DNA of 64,000 nucleotides from Candidatus Krumholzibacteriia bacterium (GTDB lineage: Bacteria > Krumholzibacteriota > Krumholzibacteriia > Krumholzibacteriales > Krumholzibacteriaceae), in NCBI GenBank assembly GCA_963836185.1, contig CAWIIQ010000001.1, positions 896,001-960,000 of the forward strand. Reading direction: 5' to 3'. Below the pieces are notes generated by a model that saw nothing but the letters and a program-made list of their open reading frames with translations, was not told the origin of the DNA and ran no database searches. Both the position numbers and the translations under genes were made by a program. Shown one piece after another: positions 10,141 through 20,131 of this stretch. The first letter of the stretch is position 1. Every line of letters starts with the position of its first letter.

Positions 10141-11814
10141 ATGTCCGTGGTGATGCTGAGCAGTGAAAACAGACAGCTATTTGGCGAACAGGTCAACGAC
10201 CACATCGCCAAGCTAAACGATCTGATGGGACTGGCCTGCGGACAGCCGCTGGACAGGACCCCCGTCGAGAAGGCCTGCTTTGCGGGAAGGCTTCTCGAGG
10301 GCAGCACGCGGATGCTAGGTCTCGATGAATGGTGCCGGGCACTGGAGTTGTTCAGGACCCTTCTGGAGAGATCTCTTGCCTCCGGAAGGCACTGGGACGA
10401 GCAGGTGTCACAGATCGTATCAGAAATACTGGAGACCGAAGAAGTCACGGTCTCCGAGTTAGCCGCCATGGAAGAGGGAGAGATCGACCTCACGCATTTC
10501 GGAGGGCTTCAGCAGGAAATAGAGCTGATCCTTTCGGAACCGTTCGAGGGTGTCGATGAGCCATCTTCAGAACCGGGCGTCCGGCTCGAGAAAGATCCCG
10601 GCGATGAGGAAGAGATCCTTTTCGAGATGCCCGCGCGGGAAAACAGCGCCGATGAACCAGCGCCGCGCAGGAATGAATTCGAATCCAGAGAATCGATGCC
10701 CGGCGAGAGAGACGGATTCGCGACGATAACGAGACTGCAGAATTCTCTGAAAAAGATCGACGTCAGGCTTGAGGAATGTCTCAGTGACGGGAACAGGGGG
10801 GACGCAGCGGTAAGGGACCTCGAGCTCGCTATAGGTGAGAGCGAGTTCTTCATGGCCATGCTCGGGAGTATGCTGAGCAGGCTTGGAGATAATCGCAAGA
10901 CATTCAGGTCAAAGGTATCCAGTTCGACCGTGATGGACGGCCTCAGGGATTTTATAGGTGTCCAGAGCAGGATGAGGAACTGGAAAACAGAGCTGAGGAC
11001 AAGGACCGATGACTTTTCACTCGAGAGGGAGGCCGCGACCGATCTCGCAGTGATCCTCGAAAACTGCGTGTTCGATATCTGCAGGATGAGTGAACGTGAC
11101 AGCAGAAGAGATGTAAGTGTGAAGATCGATGTGTCGAGCGAAGGCTCGTATCTGACCGCAAAGGTGTTCGATGACGCGAGTAACTATCTCAGTGATTCAG
11201 AGATAGACAGGGACGACGCCATGGCGTTCTACCATGGCCTGCTTCAGGCCAGGGGGCTTCTCAGGAAATGGGGAGCGCTGCTGTGGGTAGAGCCGTGTGA
11301 AGGAAGCGAGGACCGCTTCAGGTTCACCTTCCCCCGCACATCTGTGATCACCGACTATCATCTGATAGATTCGGCCGGCATAACAGTTGCTGTTCCGAAA
11401 CACGGAGTAGATGGCGTCATAGATCTGTCACACGCACGTATTGACAGCGACCAGGGAGGCAGGTCCGTCATGTACGGCGGCTCGCGTATCCCTGTCTGCA
11501 GGATAGACGAACTTGCGGCCGATGAGCTTGATGTCGGTTCCGAGGGCGACCACGTAGTGGTACTCGGACTGGCGGAAAAGAGGATCGGCATCCTGTCCGA
11601 CGGACCCGGCCGGAAGGTCGAGGGCCTTATCGAACAGGTAACGGAGAACGGCTGGGCGTCACTGTCCAGGCGTCTTCTCCACATCGGGGAACGGGAATTC
11701 CCTGTACTGGATTTCCAGCTTGTGCTCGATCGATATGGCTGGATCCTGGGTCTTGATGATGAGGCTGGGGAGCCCGGATCATGGGTGGATGAGGTTGCGG
11801 AAGTAAATCAGTAG
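10141..11814 (+). CDS. Degenerate CheA-like protein (Hpt-like, HATPase-like, CheW-like domains)
   Basis: AGRLLEGSTRMLGL aligns with the Hpt motif aaHTLKGsa.mlGl; degenerate N and G boxes; C-terminal CheW-like region. Confidence 0.7.
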   Translation: MSVVMLSSENRQLFGEQVNDHIAKLNDLMGLACGQPLDRTPVEKACFAGRLLEGSTRMLGLDEWCRALELFRTLLERSLASGRHWDEQVSQIVSEILETEEVTVSELAAMEEGEIDLTHFGGLQQEIELILSEPFEGVDEPSSEPGVRLEKDPGDEEEILFEMPARENSADEPAPRRNEFESRESMPGERDGFATITRLQNSLKKIDVRLEECLSDGNRGDAAVRDLELAIGESEFFMAMLGSMLSRLGDNRKTFRSKVSSSTVMDGLRDFIGVQSRMRNWKTELRTRTDDFSLEREAATDLAVILENCVFDICRMSERDSRRDVSVKIDVSSEGSYLTAKVFDDASNYLSDSEIDRDDAMAFYHGLLQARGLLRKWGALLWVEPCEGSEDRFRFTFPRTSVITDYHLIDSAGITVAVPKHGVDGVIDLSHARIDSDQGGRSVMYGGSRIPVCRIDELAADELDVGSEGDHVVVLGLAEKRIGILSDGPGRKVEGLIEQVTENGWASLSRRLLHIGEREFPVLDFQLVLDRYGWILGLDDEAGEPGSWVDEVAEVNQ

Positions 11815-11910
11815 ACGGTTTCGCGTGCCCGGACGCGTGCAAGTATAGAATGAAACGGTTCCGGCGTTCTCTGCCGCTGGTTCCAGTTCACCAAGCGTAG
11901 AGAGGTTGTC

Positions 11911-12153
11911 ATGGTTAAACAGCACCACAGGGACTACGGCAGCATCATAATCGGCGGCAACGACGACGCCACCGAAGTCATGACATCCGTCGAGGCGGCG
12001 GAGTATCTCAAGATGCACGTCAAGACAGTATGCCGTCTCGCGAAGGAAAAAAAGATTCCCGCGAAGAAGGTTGGAAGCGAATGGCGCTTCCTGAGGAGCG
12101 TTCTGGACAGATGGCTCGCTCAGGAAGAAGAGGTGGTATTAACCGCGGATTAA
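11911..12153 (+). CDS. Small HTH_17 (excisionase-like) DNA-binding protein
   Basis: VMTSVEAAEYLKMH..TV.RLA....IPA.KVG.EWRF. Confidence 0.85.
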   Translation: MVKQHHRDYGSIIIGGNDDATEVMTSVEAAEYLKMHVKTVCRLAKEKKIPAKKVGSEWRFLRSVLDRWLAQEEEVVLTAD

Positions 12154-12174
12154 CATCAGGGCGGGAGCGGCTAG

Positions 12175-14028
12175 ATGACAAGGACCAGATTCGAAAGACT
12201 CGAGATCGGAGGAGCCGACACGGCTGGATTCCAGATCTCGGGTAAGCTCGGATTCCACGAAAACGAGAAGATCGGACAACTGACCGAGGAATGCCTCAAG
12301 AGGGAGTTCAAGCAGGTCGTATTCGACTTTTCCGAGCTCACATCTCTTGGAGGCGGCGTGGCCAGGATTCTCCGGGGATTCGTCAAGGATCTCGCGGAGA
12401 CCGGCGGCAAGGTCACGTTTGTCGTGACCAGCAGTGTTGTGCTCGATTTTCTGCAGGATGCCGATACGAAGATCCACATCTGTTCCACGATGGAGGAAGC
12501 CATTCCGGGAGGCAAGGTATCTGTAGCGAAGGAAGAGATAAAAGAGGAGACCGAGGTCACAGCCGATCCTGCTGAAGACGTAAAAGCTGAAGAGGAAGCC
12601 GTCGGGGACAAGGAGGATGCCGGCAAGCAGGAGGAGGTTTCTCCCGAGAGCGAGCCGGCCGGGCAGGACGGTGTCATTCTGATGGCTTATGATGACGGCG
12701 GCCAGCCGGAGGCGGACAATGCCAAAGATCGACCGGCCGTCGATGAACCGGCCGCGGCGGAGGCAGAGGAAAACTCTCAGCAGGAAGTCGCCCAGGAGGA
12801 TACGGGGCAAGAGGAAGAGATCATCTCCGAAATATTCGATTCAGGGGGACGGAGCGTCGATCCGCCCGAGTGGATCGATGATCCGGTATCTCCATTCAGT
12901 CTCGCCGATGAGATAGAGACAGAGGACGCCAAGGATCTCAACAAGAAACTCAAGAGGCGCATTCTCGAGCTCAAGACCCTGTTCTCCATCAGCGCCGATT
13001 TCAACTCGATCAGGGAGCGGAAGAAACTTCTGGATATATTCCTGCTGACCTCGATAGCCCAGGGCGGAGTCGAATCCGCTGTTTTCTACGAAAAGAAAGA
13101 CGGCGTATTCCAGCCCAGGATAGCCAAGGGTATAGATGAGGAGAAACTTTCCCCTATCGAACTGAGCGATAACGAAAGAGAGCGGATCAACTGGGGACGG
13201 GACGTGTTCGAAATCGCCAGCATGGAATTCAACGACAAGACGAAGAAGAACTTGAGCGATGCGGGGCTGGAGTATGTATGTCCCTTCAACCAGGGCGAGG
13301 ATATGGCCGGACTGATATTCCTCGGCAAGAGGCTGGCCGGCAGGGGGATGCAGAAGGAAGATTTCGAGTTCATGAAGATCCTCGTGAACCTCGCGAAGGG
13401 GGCTTACAGCAATGCCCTTATGTTCGAAAGGGAGAATGAGAGGACACTCGGGATAGTCAAGACACTGATATCACTCATAGAAGAAAACACGATGCTCAAA
13501 GGTACATCCGAGATCGTGTCCCGCTACGTGGGTATGCTCGCGAAGAATATGGATTACCCGGAAGAGAACTTCAAGGATCTGATATATGGCACCGTTCTCA
13601 GGGACATGGGCATGGTAAAGGTCAGCGAACTTATTGTACGAAGCCCGAGAGAACTGTCCAAGGATGAATGGCAGATCATAAAGAGGCATCCCGAGGATGG
13701 GGCGGAGATGCTCAGACGCATGAAATTCAACAGTCATGTTGTGGATGTCGTGTTGAGCCATCACGAACGGTTCAACGGTGAAGGCTATCCGCGCGGCTTG
13801 AGGGGAAAGGATATTCCCCTCGGAGCGAGGATAATCTCCGTTGTCGAGAGTTACGCGGCTATGATCAACGAAAGGCCCAACCGTCCACCCCTGTCAGCCA
13901 GGGAAGCGCTTGATACGCTTAAGGAAAATTACGGTCTTCGATACGATCGTGAGGTCGTCAACCAGTTCGCCGCCATCATGGAGAAGGAAATAGCAAAATC
14001 GGTCCAGCCCGTAGGCGCCGTTTCCTGA
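12175..14028 (+). CDS. STAS + acidic linker + GAF-like + degenerate HD-GYP protein
   Basis: N-terminal STAS-like fold (FDFSELTSLGGG); LRDMG in place of LHDIG; HHERFNGEGYP retained. Confidence 0.85.
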   Translation: MTRTRFERLEIGGADTAGFQISGKLGFHENEKIGQLTEECLKREFKQVVFDFSELTSLGGGVARILRGFVKDLAETGGKVTFVVTSSVVLDFLQDADTKIHICSTMEEAIPGGKVSVAKEEIKEETEVTADPAEDVKAEEEAVGDKEDAGKQEEVSPESEPAGQDGVILMAYDDGGQPEADNAKDRPAVDEPAAAEAEENSQQEVAQEDTGQEEEIISEIFDSGGRSVDPPEWIDDPVSPFSLADEIETEDAKDLNKKLKRRILELKTLFSISADFNSIRERKKLLDIFLLTSIAQGGVESAVFYEKKDGVFQPRIAKGIDEEKLSPIELSDNERERINWGRDVFEIASMEFNDKTKKNLSDAGLEYVCPFNQGEDMAGLIFLGKRLAGRGMQKEDFEFMKILVNLAKGAYSNALMFERENERTLGIVKTLISLIEENTMLKGTSEIVSRYVGMLAKNMDYPEENFKDLIYGTVLRDMGMVKVSELIVRSPRELSKDEWQIIKRHPEDGAEMLRRMKFNSHVVDVVLSHHERFNGEGYPRGLRGKDIPLGARIISVVESYAAMINERPNRPPLSAREALDTLKENYGLRYDREVVNQFAAIMEKEIAKSVQPVGAVS

Positions 14029-14041
14029 GAGAGGCATTACG

Positions 14042-15592
14042 TTGAGCGGTAATATTCTCGTAGTCGACGACGATCCCAACGTGGTCGAAATAATCACCGA
14101 ATCGCTGAGGAGCAGAGGGTACAATACCGAGTATGCTATGGACGGCGAGTCGGCTCTGCGAAAATACGACGAATTCCTTCCAGATCTTGTAGTGCTCGAT
14201 GTGGTCCTTCCGAGAAAAGACGGGTTCGCCGTCTGTGATGAGATAAGGACACGTGACGTAAACCGCGACGTGCCCGTTATAATGATCTCCGGGAACGCCA
14301 TCCCTGACGACATGCTCGAAGGATTCAAGTCAGGGGCGCAGGACTATATAAAGAAACCTTTCTCCGTCAAGGAGATGATAGCGAAGGTCGATAACTTTCT
14401 TTCGCAGGCGAACAATCGAAGGGATCTGCGCGAGCAGAACGAGCATCTCGAGGATGAGATACAGAAGAACGTGGATGATCTTCAGCGTGTCAACAAGGAG
14501 CTGAAGAAAAAGGTCCTCGACCTGCGTTCTATCTTCGATCTGAGCCAGGACCTCAACAGGCTGCGTGATCCCGAAGAGTTGACGAATGTCTTCTTTCTCA
14601 CGATCGCCGGGCAGCTCGGAATCGGTTCGGTCTGTCTCTTCTTTGCGCCGAATGACGCTCAGAGCCATCTCTCTTACGCGGGGGGCAGGGGTATAAGGGA
14701 TTCCGTCCTCAGAGCCGTGAGGCTTTCCAGGGAGACGGGGATGAGCCATCTGCTCTTCACCGGCCAGGGGAAACTCGACCTGGGAAACGATGATGTGCCG
14801 GAAGAGGCGAAACGCGAGATCAAGTTCATGCGGGACCTGGGTTTTCTCTACTGTTATCCACTGATCGTAAAGTCTTCCCTGATAGGAATAGTGTTTCTGG
14901 GCAGCAAGGTCAGCGGGCTGGAATATTCAGCCAACGACTGGGATGTCTTCAAATCGATATGCAGTTCTTTCGCGACGGGTCTCGAGAACGCGAGACTCTA
15001 CTCCGAACTTCAGTCCACCTATCTCTCGACGATCAAGGTCCTCGTCTCGACGATCGAGGCAAAGGACTCGTATACGAGGGGTCACACGGAGAGAGTGGCG
15101 ATGTTCGCCAGGCTCATAGCCGAGGAGATGGGACTGGACAAGAAGGAGCTGGAGACGGTCAGCTTCGGCGCGGCCCTCCACGATATCGGAAAACTCGGTG
15201 TATACGAGGATATTCTGAATAAGCCGGGAGAGCTTACAGATGGTGAATGGGAAATCGTAAGGAGCCATCCGGAGGTCGGGGCAAACATCATCAAGAATAT
15301 GAAATTTCTCGAAGCTGCCTGTGATCTCGTAAGGCATCACCACGAACGTCTCGATGGCCGGGGATACCCCGACGGCCTGAAGGGCGAGCAGATATCGCTC
15401 GGGGCGAGGATCGTGGCTGTTGCCGACAGTTTCGACGCGATGACGAGCGACAGGCCTTACCGTATCGCTTTCGGATACAGGGACGCGCTCGAGCAGCTCA
15501 AGCTTCAGACCGACAAGTTCGACGTGGACGTCATCGAGCACCTTATCAGGCTGGTCGAAAGAGGCATGATCAGGGAACCGCGAAGAGACTAG
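14042..15592 (+). CDS. Response regulator: REC + GAF-like + HD-GYP phosphodiesterase
   Basis: VVDDD, LDVVLP and KP receiver motifs; YTRGHTERV, ALHDIGK, HHERLDGRGYP, VADSFDAM. Confidence 0.92.
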   Translation: MSGNILVVDDDPNVVEIITESLRSRGYNTEYAMDGESALRKYDEFLPDLVVLDVVLPRKDGFAVCDEIRTRDVNRDVPVIMISGNAIPDDMLEGFKSGAQDYIKKPFSVKEMIAKVDNFLSQANNRRDLREQNEHLEDEIQKNVDDLQRVNKELKKKVLDLRSIFDLSQDLNRLRDPEELTNVFFLTIAGQLGIGSVCLFFAPNDAQSHLSYAGGRGIRDSVLRAVRLSRETGMSHLLFTGQGKLDLGNDDVPEEAKREIKFMRDLGFLYCYPLIVKSSLIGIVFLGSKVSGLEYSANDWDVFKSICSSFATGLENARLYSELQSTYLSTIKVLVSTIEAKDSYTRGHTERVAMFARLIAEEMGLDKKELETVSFGAALHDIGKLGVYEDILNKPGELTDGEWEIVRSHPEVGANIIKNMKFLEAACDLVRHHHERLDGRGYPDGLKGEQISLGARIVAVADSFDAMTSDRPYRIAFGYRDALEQLKLQTDKFDVDVIEHLIRLVERGMIREPRRD

Positions 15593-15864
15593 ACACCGTC
15601 AAATCAGTTTCCATCACAGCAAATACACTCAGGCAGCGCGGTTACCCGTATGCCCCGTAAACAGCGGCTGCGCCTTTTACCTGTCCGGCAGGATCACGGT
15701 CATGCTGAAGTACGGCGTAACTGACATGTATGTCTGTGATTAGGTGGTGCAGTGCCGTCGGGCACCATCCTTGCCATCATACCCTGCCGGAACGGTCCTG
15801 AAGGAGAAGGGAGCGGAGGTCAGGGCGTGAAGACGTGTGTGGTGAGGCTTCCGCTCCCGTTCCG

Positions 15865-16641
15865 TCACGCGGCGGGAACGGTCTCCGCGGATTTTATTCC
15901 CAGTATGGCGACGAGCTCATTTCGCAGTGCGTTGAGGTCGAGTTTTCGCTTGAGCTTGCCCTCGCGTGCCAGCGAGATCGAGCCCGTCTCCTCGCTGACG
16001 ATGATCACGATAGCATCGGTCTCCTCGGAGAGTCCCAGGCCGGCCCTGTGCCTAGTTCCCAGCGCGCGGCCGATGCGGGGATTCTGGGAAAGGGGCAGTA
16101 TGCAGCCAGCCGCGATGATCCTGTCCTTTTCGACGATCACCGCGCCGTCGTGCAGGGGGCTGGGGGGTGTGAATATCGTCACGAGCAGTTCGCTCGAGAC
16201 CTTGGCGTCGAGTCTTGTGCCTGTCTCGATGTAGTTCTTCAGGCCTACATCTCTCTCAACGACGATTATAGCTCCGAGGCCTTTCTGCACGAGAAGCTGA
16301 CAGGCTTTCACCGTCTCCGATACGGTTCCGGTAGATTCCACCTTCAGGAACATGCCTATGATCCTGTTCTGTCCGAGCTGCGTCAGAGCTTTTCTGAGTT
16401 CGGGCTGGAACAGGATCACGAACGCTATCACCCATACGGTCTTCAGGCTGCTGAGAATCCAGTTGAGAGCGTTGAGATTGACCCACTGGGCGATGAACGA
16501 TACGATGATCAGCAGAAAGAGGCCGATGAACATCTGGATGGCCCTTGTGCCCTTGATGAGCATGAACAGCCTGTAGAAGAGAAAGGCGACGATCAGTATG
16601 TCGAGCATATCGATCGTGAGATTGAAATGAAAAGAGCTCAA
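15865..16641 (-). CDS. cdaA: Diadenylate cyclase CdaA
   Basis: Three N-terminal TM segments; LHDGA, GTRHRA and VSEETG motifs. Confidence 0.95.
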   Translation of the reverse strand: MSSFHFNLTIDMLDILIVAFLFYRLFMLIKGTRAIQMFIGLFLLIIVSFIAQWVNLNALNWILSSLKTVWVIAFVILFQPELRKALTQLGQNRIIGMFLKVESTGTVSETVKACQLLVQKGLGAIIVVERDVGLKNYIETGTRLDAKVSSELLVTIFTPPSPLHDGAVIVEKDRIIAAGCILPLSQNPRIGRALGTRHRAGLGLSEETDAIVIIVSEETGSISLAREGKLKRKLDLNALRNELVAILGIKSAETVPAA

Positions 16642-17855
16642 AAGGAGCCGCCTTTCCCGTTGATAGCCTGCCAGACCTTAATATAATCAGCCGTTTCACT
16701 GACATCATGGACGCGCAGTATCTGGATACCCGCATCGAGGCAGATGCCCGCCGCGGCGAGTCCGCCCGGCAATCTTTCCCCTGGTCTGTCCCGTCCCGTG
16801 ATCGCCCCGATGAACGATTTGCGCGAATGCCCGACAAGAACAGGGTACCCGAGCGTATGGAGATCTCCGACGCGGCCGATGATCTCCAGGTTATCCTCCA
16901 ATCTTTTGCCGAATCCTATTCCCGGGTCAACGATTATTTTATCGCGGGCGACGCCTCCTTCGATGAGCCGGACAGCGGCTGACTCGAGCCAGGTGGATAT
17001 TTCGTCCGGGGCATCATCATAATACGGGTCGTCCTGCATCTTCTCCGGGCTCCCTTTCATATGCATTATGACGGCTGCGGCGCCTGTGTCCGCGGCCAGT
17101 CCGGTCATCCCGGGATCATGCGTGAAGCCGCTGATATCGTTGATGATCGATGCTCCGAGGCGGATAGCTTCCCGCGCTACCATGGAGTGGCGGGTATCGA
17201 TCGATATTACCGCGCCGGCGATGCCTGATATCTTCTCGAGAACCGGGGCGACGCGGTCGAGTTCCTCGGCAGGGTCGAGTTCCCCGGCCCCCGGCCTGCT
17301 CGATTCTCCGCCGATGTCGATTATCGACGCGCCCTCCTCGACCATCCGCGCACCCCTGTCCGCCGCCGCCGATGGGTCGGTAAAGAGGCCTCCATCGCTG
17401 AAGCTGTCAGGCGTCACATTCAGGATCCCCATTATCAGTGGAGCGCCTGTCAGGTCGAGCCGGCCCTGCGGAAGGCTGACGGCCTGCGGGGGAGAGGCTC
17501 TCAATCCCAGAAGCCTGACGATCTCAAGTCCTGCTTCGCCGAGGCCGAACGGCTGGCACGCCAGGTTACCCGCGAGTATCTCGAGCCTTTTAGCGTCAGA
17601 GATAAGGTAGGCGCATGATTCGCCGGGGCCGCCGCGGATGACTTCCCTGTGAACGGCAGCGTCTCCGCCCAACGACAGCAACTGCTGTTTTACGATATTA
17701 GCCGCCGCCGCGGAGAGGCCGCAGATCCGTATCACAACGGTCTCAGCTTTACGGGTCATGATATCAACACCGGCCGGATCTACACCTGCCCTGTGGAGGT
17801 GCCCGGCGAGCGTTGCCCTGCGGGTGGAAGAGATGAGGTGGAGCTTGTAACGCAT
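16638..17855 (-). CDS. folP: Dihydropteroate synthase with N-terminal extension
   Basis: MGILNVTPDSFSDGG, DIGGESSRPGA, DPGIGFGK, SRKS, RVHDV. Confidence 0.95.
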   Translation of the reverse strand: MRYKLHLISSTRRATLAGHLHRAGVDPAGVDIMTRKAETVVIRICGLSAAAANIVKQQLLSLGGDAAVHREVIRGGPGESCAYLISDAKRLEILAGNLACQPFGLGEAGLEIVRLLGLRASPPQAVSLPQGRLDLTGAPLIMGILNVTPDSFSDGGLFTDPSAAADRGARMVEEGASIIDIGGESSRPGAGELDPAEELDRVAPVLEKISGIAGAVISIDTRHSMVAREAIRLGASIINDISGFTHDPGMTGLAADTGAAAVIMHMKGSPEKMQDDPYYDDAPDEISTWLESAAVRLIEGGVARDKIIVDPGIGFGKRLEDNLEIIGRVGDLHTLGYPVLVGHSRKSFIGAITGRDRPGERLPGGLAAAGICLDAGIQILRVHDVSETADYIKVWQAINGKGGSF

Positions 17856-17889
17856 CTGCCGCTGCCGCGCGCCCCTCCTTCCTGAGCGA

Positions 17890-19983
17890 TCAGGCTTTCG
17901 TGTCCGGATCCTCGTCCTTCGGATCGATATCCGAGAAAAGATCGGCCGGACCCGGTTCGTCCTTTATCGTATCTTCGGGTTCATCGATAGAGGGCGGTTC
18001 TTGGTCTGCCTCGGGCTCAGCGGGCTTAACGGGCGGCTCTGGCTTTTTCTGCTCCGGTTTCCTTTTCACGGGAGGGAGTGTGCCGCCGCTGAGGAGTATC
18101 TTTACATCCTCGCCGTCAAGGGTCTCGCGCTCGAGAAGAGCCTCGGCAACCGAGTGAAGCTCTTTTTCGTGCTCGGTCAGGATGCTGCGGGCCTTCTCGT
18201 AGCATTCCGATATGATCCTCTTTACCTCGAAGTCGATCTCCTGGGCCGTCTGCTCACTGTAGTCCCTGTGCGTGGATATCTCACGTCCGAGGAAGATCTG
18301 TTCTTCCCTCTTGCCGAACGCTATCGGGCCCAGCTTCTCGCTCATACCCCACTGCGTGACCATCTTCCGAGCGATGCCCGAGGAGGTCTTGATGTCTCCA
18401 TAGGCGCCGCTGCCGATCCTGCCGATGACGAGTTCCTCGGCGACCCTGCCGCCGAGAGCCATGGTGATCATGTCGAGGAGGTATTCCTTCGACTGGTAGA
18501 AATAATTGTCGTCGTCGGTGAGGAACGAGGTAAGGCCGCCCGCCCTTCCCCTTGATATGATCGTCACCTTGTGAAGAGGATCGGCGTCCTTGAGGTACGA
18601 ACCGACTACGGCGTGTCCGGCCTCGTGGTAGGCGGTCATCCGCCTTGTGTCTTCCTTGAATACGCGGCTTTTTCTCTCCGGTCCGAGGAATACCTTGTCT
18701 TTCGATTCCTCGAACTCGTCCATGTAGACCTTGTCCTTGTCCCGCCTCGCCGCCAGCAGCGCCGCCTCGTTGACGAGGTTGGCGAGGTCGGCTCCCGACA
18801 TCCCCGGTGTGCCCCTGGCGAGTATCTCGAGATCGACATCTTCCGCCATCGGTATATTTCTCGTATGGACCTTCAGGATGCCGAGCCTTCCCCTGACGTC
18901 CGGCATATCGACTATCACGCGACGGTCGAATCGCCCGGGCCTCAGCAGCGCCGGGTCGAGGACGTCGGGCCTGTTCGTCGCGGCAAGCAGGATGACTCCC
19001 TCGTTTGTCACGAATCCATCCATTTCGACCAGCAGCTGGTTGAGAGTCTGCTCGCGCTCGTCATGTCCTCCGCCCAGTCCCGCGCCCCTGTGGCGCCCGA
19101 CCGCGTCGAGCTCATCTATAAAGAGGATGCACGGTGCGTGCTTCTTGCCCTTGTCGAAGAGATCGCGTACACGGCTTGCGCCTACACCGACGAACATCTC
19201 GACGAAGTCCGATCCGCTCATGCTGAAGAACGGGACCCCCGCCTCGCCCGCGACGGCCCTGGCGAGCAGTGTCTTGCCCGTTCCGGGAGGGCCGAGCAGG
19301 ATGACGCCCTTCGGTATCCTGCCGCCGAGCTTCTGGAACTTCTTGGGATCCTTGAGGAACTCGATCACTTCCTGGAGTTCCTCCTTGGCTTCATCAGCGC
19401 CTGCGACGTCGTCAAAGGTGACGCGCGGCATATTGTTGTCCATCATCTTCGCCTTGCTCTTGCCGAACGAGAAGGCCTTGTTGCCGCCGCCCTGCATGTT
19501 GCGCATCAGTATCACCCAGAGGACAAGAAGCGCGATAAGGGGGAGAGCTGTGGCAAGCGCCTTCACCCATACGCTGCTTCCCGGATACTCCGCCTCGATC
19601 TGGGTATCAGGATTGCCTGCCCAGATGCGTTCCGCCAGCTGGGGGTCCTCGGCGGGCAGAATCGTCTTGAAATTCGTTATCGTTGTGCCATCACCGCCGG
19701 TCGGGATCGTTATAGGGGTTACGAGGATTCCGCGTACCTCGATCCCCTTGATCTTTACGCTGGCGATGTTGCCGTTATCCACTTCAGCGATGAACTGGCT
19801 GTAATCTATGGGCCATTCCCTCTCCTTGCTCGAGTTGAAGAGGAGGAAGGCGAGGAAGAACAGGATGATGACCATGACCCAGAGAGCCATCGATCTCGAC
19901 GGTTTCTGCTGTCCTGGTGACCCGCCCGGCGGGATCCATTTCTTCCTGGGATTCTGGTCACGGTTCTTGTCGTCACCGTTCAT
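17890..19983 (-). CDS. ftsH: ATP-dependent zinc metalloprotease FtsH
   Basis: Two TM segments, [28 protein letters not shown]. Confidence 0.97.
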   Translation of the reverse strand: MNGDDKNRDQNPRKKWIPPGGSPGQQKPSRSMALWVMVIILFFLAFLLFNSSKEREWPIDYSQFIAEVDNGNIASVKIKGIEVRGILVTPITIPTGGDGTTITNFKTILPAEDPQLAERIWAGNPDTQIEAEYPGSSVWVKALATALPLIALLVLWVILMRNMQGGGNKAFSFGKSKAKMMDNNMPRVTFDDVAGADEAKEELQEVIEFLKDPKKFQKLGGRIPKGVILLGPPGTGKTLLARAVAGEAGVPFFSMSGSDFVEMFVGVGASRVRDLFDKGKKHAPCILFIDELDAVGRHRGAGLGGGHDEREQTLNQLLVEMDGFVTNEGVILLAATNRPDVLDPALLRPGRFDRRVIVDMPDVRGRLGILKVHTRNIPMAEDVDLEILARGTPGMSGADLANLVNEAALLAARRDKDKVYMDEFEESKDKVFLGPERKSRVFKEDTRRMTAYHEAGHAVVGSYLKDADPLHKVTIISRGRAGGLTSFLTDDDNYFYQSKEYLLDMITMALGGRVAEELVIGRIGSGAYGDIKTSSGIARKMVTQWGMSEKLGPIAFGKREEQIFLGREISTHRDYSEQTAQEIDFEVKRIISECYEKARSILTEHEKELHSVAEALLERETLDGEDVKILLSGGTLPPVKRKPEQKKPEPPVKPAEPEADQEPPSIDEPEDTIKDEPGPADLFSDIDPKDEDPDTKA

Positions 19984-20131
19984 ATTTTTGTTACTCCGTA
20001 GATTAATGGCTGTAACGGCCGGAAAGGGCAGAGCGTAATCTCTCCCTTCATGCGGCCGGTAAATCAGTCGCATCCAAGTTTCTGAAATCAAGATAAGCGA
20101 AAACCGGTTCTTTGTCCAACCTAATAACCCG

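Noticed and set aside
11911-12153. Excisionase as evidence of a prophage or ICE
   Set aside because: Stand-alone HTH_17 regulators are common, and there are no integrase or phage genes nearby
15780-15830. GGTCCTGAAGGA resembling the SRP RNA helix 8; glmS, SAM-I, lysine and c-di-GMP riboswitches also considered for this intergenic region
   Set aside because: The conserved cores (CAGG..GGAA..AGCAG; AGCGCC/GACGAGG; AUC.AGAG; AGAGGUGC) are absent. Kept only as an unclassified structure.
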